A stretch of 63,927 nt of DNA, the filler included, from Reticulomyxa filosa (Eukaryota > Protista > Foraminifera), in assembly GCA_000512085.1 (NCBI GenBank). It is 12 parts of 12 records of this genome, joined end to end, with 100 filler letters (N's around TTAATTAATTAA, not from the genome) between each part and the next. Parts side by side here need not be neighbours in the genome. Positions count along the whole stretch, not along the records: positions 11,947 to 36,413 come from ASPP01002479.1; positions 36,514 to 40,912 come from ASPP01008631.1; 10 more parts are not named here. One strand, given 5' to 3'. A program made the translations under genes and the position numbers. The notes beneath the pieces were generated by a model, which saw only the letters and a list, made by a program, of their open reading frames with translations, was not told where the DNA came from and did no database searches. This document shows positions 24,679 to 36,536 of this stretch, piece after piece (position 1 is the first letter of the stretch; each line of letters starts with the position of its first letter).

Positions 24679-26496
24679 ATGTCAAAAGAGGATTCAAATT
24701 TACCTACAACCAAAAAAGGAAAAGCAAAAGAAGTGGATAATCAGAGAAATAGAGAGTCACAATTGCACAAAAATACAGAGAGCAAGGTAGCCGAAGAAAG
24801 CATTTCCAAGGAGGAAGAGGCAGTAGTAAGCAAAGAAAAAGGACTTGAAGAATCGAAGAAAGATGAAAAAATGGCAGCCAAAGCACATGACCCCCGAGAA
24901 CATGTGACATTAGTGTTGATTGGCCACTCAAAATCGGGCAAGTCAGCAACATCAGGACAGATCATGTAACATTATGAGTTTATATATGCGTGTGATAATG
25001 ATTTAAAAAAGCACATGATTATGTCTGTGTTGGAGCAAGGTTATTAACCGGCCAAATGGACATGCGAATGGTAGAGAGGTACAAAGAAGAGACGACAAAA
25101 GAGAAAGGAGAAGCGAGTTGGTTGGCCCACATTACGGACCAAGATGAGGATGAAAAAGAGTGGGGGAAAACGACGAATTTTTCGCGCGTTGAATTTGCAA
25201 TAAAAAAAAGACGCTTCACGCTGCTCGACACGCCTGGGTGCCACTCGTACATCCCGCAGATGATAAGTGGTGCCACCTTGGCGGACGTAGGTCTCCTAGT
25301 GGTTTCAGCGAAGGATGAAGAATTTGAAGTCGGATTTGGTCCTGGTGGACAAACCAAAGAGGTAATTGTAAACAAAAAAAAAAACAACTGTGTTGTGATG
25401 ATCTTGGTAAAACGAGTGTATTAACTTTTTTGATTGGGTGTGTTTTTTTTTTTTTTTAAAAAAAAGCATGCCTTGCTGGCATTGACATTGGGTATATCAA
25501 GGATGATAGTCGTGGTGAATAAAATGGATTCGTGTGGGTGGAGTAAAGACCGTTTTGAGAGCATCACGAAAGACATTAGTGACTATTTGATTGATATCGG
25601 CTTTGGAAAAAAAGTATTGTATTTTGTGCCGATTTCAAGCTCGCTTGGATTAAATATAACTGAGTCGATCTCGTTGTCGCATGGCCAATTGTGTCCTTGG
25701 TACACTGGACACTGCTTGTTTGGTGTATTCAATTCGATGAAGAAAATTAAGCGCAATCCCAAGTCTCCTTTGTGTGTCCCTGTATTCACCACTTACAACG
25801 AGGACGGCGGACTGACAGCTGTGGGCAAAGTCGAGTCCGGAACGGTGTCCGTCGGAGATACAGTCACAATTCTGCCTAGTCATCAAACTGCCACTGTCAC
25901 TCACTTACTTATTGATGATGTGTCTGTCCATCATGCTTTGTGTGGGGAAATTGTATCTATTTGTTTTGATTTCACTACTATTACTTCTTCTTCTGATTCT
26001 GAATATTTGATGGAAAGAAAGTTGACTAGTGGATGTGTCATTTGTTCACATGACGCTCCTTGCTTTGTTGCAAAAAAATTTAAGGCACAAGTGTATGTGT
26101 GCGATTTGCCAAATCACACGATTCTAACTATTGGCTATTGTGCCATGCTGCACATTCACAATGTCGTTGTCGAATGTGAAGTTCTCAAAATACCACATAA
26201 AATCCATCCCACAACACATCAAATATCTAAAGCTCCACCCAAATGGCTCAAATCAAAGGACCTGGCCGTTGTCGATTTTGAAATTAAAGCCAATCCTATC
26301 CCTTTGGGAGTTTCTTTTCAATCATCTTTCATTTTATATATGTAATATATAAAGTTTACAAATAATACCATTTCAATTCTTTATTTTGTTTTCTTAACTA
26401 CAGATATTTGAAAAGATGTCCAAGTTAGCGCGCTTTGCTCTTAGAGATAGAGGCATGACCACTGTTATTGGTCGCATTATCGAAGTCCTCTCTTAG
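24679..26496 (+). CDS. Divergent eRF3 (GSPT/Sup35)-family translational GTPase
   Basis: REHVTLVLIGHSKSGKSATSGQIM, WGKT, FTLLDTPGC, EFEVGFGPGGQTKEHALLA, VNKMD. Last exon 26404-26496 has LARFALRDRGMTTVIGRI, matching the eRF3 GRFTLRD motif. Confidence 0.88.
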
Positions 26497-26762
26497 TTAT
26501 TATTCATTTATAACATTCCACTTTATGTAATTTCAAAAAAATATCTCTGTTTCTTGACTTTGTTTGCTATTACCCGAAGAAGTTAGTCCTTTTTCATTGT
26601 TTTTATATTTTAAAACTTAAGCTTTATCCTTTAACTTCTAGTTGTTTATCCAATAGTTTGTGCTTTTTTGATATCTATTACAATATTGTCGTAACTGAAG
26701 AGCGATTTCAACACTTTGCATTTACAAGGAAGGGGGAGAGCAAAATAAGAATATTAGCAAAA

Positions 26763-27289
26763 ATGTCCCATCAATCAAATTCTGAAAATAAACACGATAT
26801 ACTGGGAATTGAACACTCCTCACAACTATTGTCATTATTTAAAAAAGAAGGTGTATTGCCGTGTTTGTATGTTGTTGTAGACAACTGGAGGGGAAAAAAG
26901 GTGGCATGATGTAAATAGGAGAAGAGAACGAATATTTGATATTAAGTGAAAAATTGATAAAGATAAATCGAAAGGGAAAGAAACAAGAACGAGTGTTAAT
27001 AATAACGAACAAAGCAATTTACAACACAAAAATCGGGAAGTACAACAAGTCTCAAAGAAGAATTCAAATAACAGATTTGGCAATGATAACAGTGAGCACG
27101 ACGTCCCACGAGTTTGTGTTGCATGTTCCAAGTGAATATGATTATCATTTATGTTCTTCCAATTCAGCCGCAATTGTTGAAAAACTAACTAAACTATATA
27201 ACAAACAAACCAATGCAGAGCTATTGATCGTCAAATCAGATTTGCAACATTTGAAAGACGTTGTTTTGTCCAAAAAATCAAACTCTTGA
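26763..27289 (+). CDS. Stand-alone myosin-I TH1/PH-like domain protein (2 exons)
   Basis: SEKLIKINRKGKKQERVLIITNKAIYN...RRIQITDLAMITVS...EFVLHVPSEYDY is a typical TH1 PH core. One intron at ~26851-26919. Confidence 0.8.
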
Positions 27290-27921
27290 TAGAAATTGTT
27301 GTACCTTTTCATTTCGGGTGTAATATGTGTGGGTCAGTACAATATTGATATTTTTTGCTTGCTTTTTATTGTCCGATTTTTGTTTTGTTTATTTGTCATT
27401 GATTCATTGTTTGCGTCGGAATGATCAATTTAAATATAACATTCTGTGACAACTTCTTGATATATGGACATTGCGGTACTTGGCAAATGGACAGTAAATG
27501 AACCATAAACAAAAATTGTATTTTAATGCGTGTGCATATGTGTATTTTTTTTATAAATACGTTTTTCTTTTTTTTGGCAAAAAAAGGTCCTTATAATATT
27601 GGTAAGGACTTCAGTAAGTGATTGGTTCGTGTCATTGATTTTCTATTTGTTATTTGTTTATTTTTAAAAATATTTTTTGTGGTTGACAGTTTGAGAAATT
27701 GCCTTTCTATATTTGTCATTTTTTTAATTTTGAAATTTACGTGAGACGTACTCATTAAAAAAAATTCAATATATTTGTAAAACTAATTAATAATATTACC
27801 AGCCTGTTGCAAAAATACTTTATCTACCCGAATTAGACTTCCAACAAATGAAAGGATAACGCAGGGTACGTAAAATTAAGTAAAAAAACTCTTTTTATAA
27901 TAGTTATCAATAAACATATCA

Positions 27922-30900
27922 ATGTCAACCACTGAGAATGATTCCAGAGGTTGGGGACATATTGTGATGCCAGAAATAAGACATAACCCAGAAATGCATA
28001 TGTTAGAACAAAGAAGAGGCTCCTTTGTGAGACCGGACCCTCCTGGTAAGTTAGAATAAGATATGTTGAAAAAAAGACAAATGAAAAAAGAATAACAAAA
28101 CAATGCAAAGTACAATTGGACTCCACTTTTGAATCGGATTCGGATTCGAAGTCAGAACCGGAAAGTGTGAATGGGAATGACATGTCGAACAAGGAAGCAG
28201 TTAAACCGAGCATTTACAAGACAAAAAAGTAGTGACCTGTTTATATGTAAAAAAAAAAAAAAATTAGCAAGCGACAAATAAAGAAATGAAGGATGAAGAA
28301 ATGAAGGGAATATGGACAGAGACAAAAGATGAATTGAATGAAAACAAAGAGAAGAGAGGTAATACAATAGCAGTAATGGAACCAACAAAACAAGAAGAAA
28401 GCAAAGAGAACGGCAATGACAACCCATTTTTACCGCCAACTTCTTTGCAACCAAGGAAAAAATATCACATTAGTACGTATTCTGATACCAATTTGGCAAG
28501 CATTTTTGGATTGCATCCCAATTCGACAGATTTCCGCAGGGTGAGAAATAACACAACAATAATGAGGAATAACAATAACAATAACGATAACAATAATAAT
28601 AGCATATACGCGTATATATATATACATATACATATATATGTATATAGAAATCGTTGAATGAAGTGGGTAATGTGACTCCTCCAAAAGGCCCAGATTTGAC
28701 ATTTTTGTGTACAATTGTAGAAAAGAAGGAGGTGCTATGGCAAGGCCTGGGGAGTGAGAAAATGACAGAGCTGATGGGCCTGCATAATGAAATGATCGAA
28801 AGAAGTGTGAAGCAATGTCAAGGCTATGTAATTGAAAAGTCGGATTTGACATGGAAAAGTCCAAGCAAATGGTATGAATACTTGGTCGTATTTGGACAAG
28901 TTCACAAAGCAGTGCAATGTGGTGTTGCCATTCAAAATGCGTTTTTCAATGCGCCGTGGCCTCAATTCTATTTTGACTTTGAACAACATGCCAAAGTTCA
29001 GTACTCGGGCACACCCAACGAAAGTTTTCGTGGCCTTCGTGTGGGCATTTGTCTGCACACTGGACGAGTGGGTGCCGGGATCAATCCCTTTGATTCGCAG
29101 CCCGAATCTCTTTGCGTTGAAGAAAAATCAAAACTGTTTTTTGATGTCAATTATACCGGCACATGTATTCAGCTGTGTCAACAAATGTGTCACTTTGTCT
29201 ACGGTGGCGAACTGTTGAGCACCATTGCTACCAAAACTGCTCTCACTCAGGCAAGACAGCCCGATATCAACATTGCCTCCGTCCAAATCCTTGGCGATCA
29301 TCACTTCCTCCATTTGCGCACTGTCAAACTCTTGTCGTTTGTCACTAGTCGACAGCAGCGATTCTTTCCGCCAAAAGTGCTCAACGGAGGGGATCATGTC
29401 CATAATGACTTGGATGAGGTCATTTTTGTTTTTTTTTTATACATACACATATATATATATTTAAATATGTCGTATATATAAAAAAATGTGATATATACCT
29501 TGTTTAACGACATTGAATAGCATGTTGGAAAAGAAAACAATGACGTTAATACTGTTTCGAATACGGATATGAAAAAAGAAGAGGAAAAAAAAACAATAAC
29601 AAATGAGACAGTGGATGAGCCAGGACGAACCAAGTCCAATTCTTTTGTACTCCCAGCTCCGAAAACTTCTCATCGTCATAAGCAGTTCGAACTTCAAAGG
29701 AAACGAACTAGTCAACTGCATATAGACGATCAGATTGCCGAATCAGTCAAAGTCAGACACTCCAAACGTAATAGCAAAGACTACAAAGACGGTGATAAAC
29801 AGCTCATTCATGTTTCGTTGTCCATCACAAATTTTTTTCTAATCATAGTGCGCACGTTTTCGCTTTTTTTGTTTTGTTTTAAGTAAAGTACACAACCAAT
29901 CAAATACACAACTAAAGCCATCCAAGATGGAAGATCCTTCCACTGATAAAAATCAACGAGAGCAAAGCAAAAGAATGTCGGGATCAGTTTCCCTCCCTGG
30001 CCGAGAAGTTTACATGCAAAAAAAAATCTTTTGTCAAATATAGATGTAGTGGTTGTGCATATTTCATTCTCAAAAAAACAAAAAACAATAACATGTGTTA
30101 TGTGCAACTATGCTTATGATTGGATAGTCCCCACGTTCTGCGAGTTCACCTACTTATTCCTCACAAAAAGTTTGCTGAGAAACAAGTTTTTGTTGTTGCA
30201 TCTTGTCTGAGAGGAAACAATCGCAAACATCAATACGGGGCCAAGGCGATTGGTTTTTTTTTTGCAATTGTATTGTATATATTGTATACATATGTACATG
30301 TACATATATATGCATATATATATATATATATGTATATATATGTGTGTGCTTGTGTTTATGTGTATGTAAACAGGGTGTCTTGCACGCAACAAATCGCAAA
30401 CACACAATACGATATTATGACGACAGACCACCCGACTTGCCGAAAGAGTATGGCCAAGATAACGCATATCAGTGTTTGGTCTGTCATAAAGTTCGAAAAT
30501 GGGTCGATGGCGTGTGGAGGTGTTCCATTTGGCCCTCGTTTGACGTGTGCACTTTTTGCGCAGACAACACGGTAGCAAGCAATAAAATATCCTCTATTCA
30601 ATCTACACAAACAAGCCAAATAGCCTTCTCACTCTTTATTATTATTATTTTTGTATGATTGTTTGAAAAAGTTGAAAGACTCGGAGCCAACTACGCATCA
30701 CAAAGCGGTGGAAGAGGAATGGGATGGACAATTGGCACCTGACGAAAATAAGAAATTGGCAATAGAAAATGGCAAGGACTTGGATACACATACAAACAAT
30801 GAGAAAGACAAAGAATTAAATAACATCAATGTTAATATGAATGACAATATCAACGATAATATCAATGACAATGAAGAGGAAGAAAATGTGAAAATGGGAA

Positions 30901-33900
30901 CAGAGATATCAAAAATAATTCGCGAGGAGTTATCGCTGGTAATTGAAAATTTGACAGAAATAAAGTTGCAACGATTGCAAAACATGAAAGAATATTGGAA
31001 GGACAAGGTGCATGACCAAAGCAAGTTGAAAGACATTGAAAAAGAGTATAATGAGACAGAGGAAGAGTTAACCAAATGGCGCAGAAGTCGATCCTTCCAC
31101 GATCAACAAGAGCAAAAAATTGAACGCAGGAAATCCCTTATCGCCAATGGGATTATGACTCCAGACGACTTTGCTTCCGATGAAGAGCTAATACCACTCT
31201 TTCCACAATACGATCCAAAAGATGATTTCATCATCGTCAAGAGCAGATTTGTTGGTTAAATTCTTGTTTTCGTTGTTTGTTGTTATTCTTCTTAATTATT
31301 AAAAAAAATATCAAATATGTGTATATAGATTTGAATCGATTGTATTGGCTTGAGGATCAAATTGTGTCCCAACGATTCGAGTATTGTGATCAACGCGTAG
31401 ATATTTTGACTCGGGAGAGAGAGAACATACCAAAAGTGTCGAACGATCCTCCTGATCCGGTTGTGAATGATGACATGAGTTCTCAGGACAGTGAGCCACA
31501 CACAGCTCAGATTCCGAACAAAACTCAAAGCAATCCCCCCATGGACACAAAACAAAGCGAAATTGATACCTTCATTTCACTTATCCAAAAAAAAGATCGA
31601 CAGATACAACTGCAACAAGACCAATTGATAAACATGCAACAAACAATTGCCCAAGTCTGTGTGCATGTGTGCTATATGGAGAGAGAAAATATTTATAGAT
31701 TTATTTTTTAAAATTTTTTCTGATTGTGTTTGTTGTTTTGGATGGAAGTTGAAACAACAATTGAGCGGGACACAAGGCCAGACATTGGTATATTTGGGCC
31801 GCACGAATGGACATGGAGACGTGGTTCAAAAAAGCAATAGTAAAGAAGAAGAAAAAGACAAAGTCAACAACAAGAACAACGACGATAACAATAACAATAA
31901 CAATGATAATAAGAATGGACAAGACTTACAACGCGGGGATACTGAGCCGGCAAAGGGTATTGAAAACACGACAAAAGGCTTTATACTTCACAGAAAGAAG
32001 CCAAGTGAGCGCAGCGACTTTGATGAAACGAGTCATCAAGCAATCGTCAATGCGTACCACGAGGCAAAACGATCTGCTTCTATCATCATCAATCAAAAGA
32101 ATATCAATGCAAATGCAAATGCTAATCCTAATCCCAATACGAATGCCGACCCCGACTTCGATTCTAATCCAAATGAAAAAAAAGCTGAGCAAAGTTTGTC
32201 CAATTCATTGTCACATACTCCTTCTCCTTCTCCAGTTGCTGCTTTTCCTGACGATGTTGACACGACCCCAAATCGACACTCTTCTGAATTTCATAGTTTC
32301 AATATATGCATATACAAATATACAATATATACATATACATATATATCAAATCTCTTTTGTTTGACAATTCTAACCCGAAGAAATTGGTAATAACCTCTCC
32401 CTAAAGGCTTGCAACAAGATGGCCACGGATCGTCATTGCTGACGTCTGACACGGCGGCAGCGAACAAATCATCTCCATGGGCCATCATTAATTTTTTGCC
32501 TCGAAAAAGCTCGGCCGATCCGGATTTTGCCCGGCAGAAATCGAACGAACCCCACGGTATCGCGTCTCCTCACGGACAACGACTCGACACTTCCAACCCA
32601 ACACGCACAAAGCAGCCGATCAGTCAGCCGCTACGAACGAAGAGAGAACGAGACGATGAAGACAATGGCGATCTAGTATACGTGTTACCGTCGGGTGATG
32701 ATGAGGATAGAGAGAGCGACAACGATAAAAACGAAAACGAAGACAATGAACCACTCAATAGCGATATTATGATAATGATCAATGGCACTCACGAAAGTCA
32801 GCAATCGAGCCAGCTTCCAATTATATCGGTCGAAGAGTCGTATCAACAATTGGTGAAAGAGTCAATTTTGCACGAAAAAGGGCAAACGGAGTTTGGAACA
32901 ATCGATCCAATGGCTGCTCATAGGCCTGGCCTTTCCAATCTTGCCGCCAATGCCACAGAGATAGTAGCGATAGATGCAGTTGCAAATGCAAAGGGTATTT
33001 ACCAAAAAAGTGGGCTAATGACCAATGCAAGTACAAATGCGATACTCATAGAAAAAAGTGAACGCGCAGGAGGAATGGACAAGACCATGAACGATCAAGA
33101 GTTTGATGGATATCCATCCGGGGGTCTTTTGTCCAGAAGACCTTCTCGCACACTTATGCTCGACGAAATCCATGATGGCGAGACAGAGGAAAATCATCAC
33201 GAAGTTCCCAAACTCATTGGACAAGCGTCCGAAAATCTGCAGTATTGGCAACAAGAAAACAAAAGAGCTTCCGGAATTTTGACCCTTGACGATGAAGAAT
33301 CAGCCAATGAAGAGGACCAACCGCAAATCGAGTTACAACAAGAACAAGTGGCAAGTGCAACACATTCAAAACCACTTGTTACTGCTGTCAAACCAAATAC
33401 ACAAATTACACTTGGTGGCAATGACGCCAGTAAAGAAGTACTACCTGACCCGATGAGGACAAAGGATGGCGATGCTGCCAATGTTCCACAACATGCTGTT
33501 CCGCAGCCCACGATTGTAAATGATACCACGAAAATGGATACATTACAACGCACAGTCCAAGCGCAACAGCAACAAATCGACGCGTTGACTCGATCCAAAA
33601 TTGAATTAATCAATAATGTCTCTTCGCAAATCCAAACGTTGAGAGATCAGATTCAAATAAGAGATCACATGCTCATGGCGTACCAACATGTTATGACTCA
33701 CACATACTCCAGCAGAAACACAATACAATAAAATAATATACACGTAATACATATATTGTATGCCCCAATATAACCAGATATACGATTGCTTAAACAGAAA
33801 TCCGTTGACACTAATGTAACAATCAACAATGGAGAACAAAACAAAAGCTCTGCGACATCACTTCCTTTGTCGTGGTTATCATTTGGTCGTCCCAACGTTT

Positions 33901-34010
33901 GTCAATGTAGAGCCCAGGAAGAGACTGCCAAATCTAAAATAAATCTGGCTAATCAAACTGCACAAGAAATAAATCGTTTACGTGATATTATCAAAGTGTT
34001 GAGCAAGTAA
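27922..34010 (+). CDS. Large multi-exon protein with a degenerate class III nucleotide cyclase domain, a ZZ-like Zn finger and coiled coils (may be more than one gene)
   Basis: 28654-29418 encodes DLTFLCT, LHNEMIERSV..CQGYVI, FNAPWP, FRGLRVGICLHTG, YTG, GGELL, LGDHHF. ~30374-30570 encodes YQCLVC...WRCS..FDVCTFC. Long acidic/coiled-coil exons continue to TAA at 34010. Confidence 0.75.
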
Positions 34011-34999
34011 ATAAATATCAAATGAGGAAAACAAAACCAAAAAAAAAAAGAAAGTAAAAAGTAAAAAAATTGAAAATGCAAGTGCGAACTTTCAAATTGC
34101 ACGTATTTGCATTTTTTTGTCCCCTGTTCATTCTATTTTCTTTTTCAGTTTCATTGTCATTTTTTCCTCCCGTCTTTCTTTTTCCCCCTCCTTTGCTTTT
34201 GTTTGTTTTATTTTTCTTTAAAACGGTGGACAAAAGGAATTGTCACACAAAGTACTGTCTGACCTCTTTTCAGTTTGGAATTTTGTTGGTATTTGCTGTA
34301 CCAGTTTTTGAACAACTATTGTTTGTTTATTTTTTTATAATTTTTTTTTGCTGTAAATACAATCTTTTGTTTACTGCAATGCTCCCTCACCAGTCTGTAT
34401 AAAGTGCTGGACAGTGTCGTGTTTTGTGTAAGAAGAGACATATTTGTCGATTTCACAATGATGGTTAAAGAAAGGACATAAGCTTTCATATTGGACGTCT
34501 ATTTTTTGTTTAATGTTTGACTTGTTTGAATTGTTGAGCTCAAGAATGTGTTTTTAGCACTTTGAAATGTGTTTTCAGTTTATTGCTTTGGAATTTCTTT
34601 TGAAAACAATTGCAAGTGCTATAATAATAAAGTTCATTTTAAAGTCTTTCATTACAGACACAACTTTCCAAAAAAGTTGTATTTGAAGGAGATTGAAGAT
34701 TGATACAATATCTTGAAAGATTTCTGTGCAACAATATTTATGGTGAAAGTAGTATCAAGATCAGAGATGTGTAAGATATAAGCCAAAACAAAATGTTACT
34801 GATAGCAAGAGTGTCATCAAAATTGAGTCAATTTACTATAATAAGTGTTTAAATTTTTTTGTTTTGGCTTCTTTAATTTGTCGAAGGAAGTAGATTAAAT
34901 ATCAATATTTTATAATACTTGAAATTATATTTTTTGCTTGTTGTCGATTGAAGGAAATGAAAGAGAATATGCAAAAATATCAAACGATTATTTTAAATC

Positions 35000-36413
35000 G
35001 ATTGGAAGTGCATAGACGCAGATTCATTTCAAAGAGATTTACATAATCGCGATCATTCAACAATGGACTGTTCTGCATTTTTATTGAAGTGTGCAATCAT
35101 TTTAATATCCAAGCATTTGAGCAAGAATTACAACATGCTTTGAAATTATAAATAAATTGTCATTGGAAGATTTTGGAGTGCACAGGTTGGATTATAATAT
35201 CGATAATGTAGATGAGTGTATTTTTAAAAAAGAAGAAGGAAAAAAGGAAGCATATAAGCACAAAACTTAGTCGAGATTAATTTGCATCAAATCATCGACA
35301 CTTGTGGAAGAGTTTTGAATGGAACTAATTCAGATTGGATGGAATTCAATACTGGAGTTCCCCAATGATCTGCTTTATCTACAATATTGTTCCTGTTGTA
35401 CATTAATGATTTACCAACAGTCATAAATTAACATATTCAATGTGGAATGTTTGCTGATGACGTGGCACTTTGGACATTAATATTTACAAGTGATGTCAAT
35501 GAAATAAGTGATCAATTGCGATGATTGCAGCAAATTCTGGATGAAGTATCAATTTGGTCGAATAAATGGAAGATGTTAGCTGATAAGACGCAGTGTATCA
35601 CATTCAGGCACCAGAACAAAAAGAAATTTCCTAAGATGAAATTAACATTGCAGCAATTACATTTGAAGGAATACGATCATGTAAAGTATCTTGGATTGTT
35701 CATTGATTCTAACATGACTTATTCCAAGCATGTAAACTACGTATATGGCAAAGCAGCGAGGAAACTTGGATATTTGACATACTTATGTTCATATAAAGGT
35801 GTATCTACGTATAATTTATTATACAAGTCTTGGAATGGTGCAGCAGACACATATAAGAAACGATTGGAACGTATACAAAGGATTGCAATGTGTCGAATTC
35901 TTAGTGTAATGAACCAGACTGCTTATGATACATTTTATAACTTACTCATCTTAAATGGCGACGAAGACAAGAAGAGGTGAAGTTATATCACAAGTGCATC
36001 AGATGGTCATGTCGATTCAATGATCATAATCTTGTGTTGGCATACAAGATTTGGAATGAATCGAGACCAAAGACACATCTAAATATATATCATGGATTGA
36101 AGCATTATCTCGTGAATGTATCCATGAAGCTGAGGCTGGTGTGCCGATAGTTGAATCAGATCCTCATACAATTCCAAACCAATGCAAATTGCAGTGATGC
36201 CACATTCAAACAAATCACCTTTTTCGATCTTCAGTGAACAGACTCCAGATCAGATTCTGGTATCGTTGGACAATGATTGTATTGTGATATTTTGTGATGG
36301 TACCTCATATCCAAATCTGGTATTGGAAGCGCAGGTCTTGTAATTCAGAATTCAAGTATGCAAAATAGTTAGAATTGGAATATCCAATTACAGATTATCC
36401 TGACTGATTGCAA
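35000..36413 (+). mobile_element. Decayed non-LTR (LINE) retrotransposon: RT and RNase H remnants
   Basis: GVPQ*SALSTILFLLYINDLP and MFADDVALW (35350-35475), VKYLGLFIDSNMTYSKHV, KRLERIQRIAM, and an RNase H-like IVIFCDG near 36280-36300. Multiple stops and indels. Confidence 0.9.
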
Positions 36414-36536
36414 NNNNNNNNNNNNNNNNNNNNNNNNNNNNNNNNNNNNNNNNNNNNTTAATTAATTAANNNNNNNNNNNNNNNNNNNNNNNNNNNNNNN
36501 NNNNNNNNNNNNNAAAAAAAAAAAAAAAAAAAGGTA

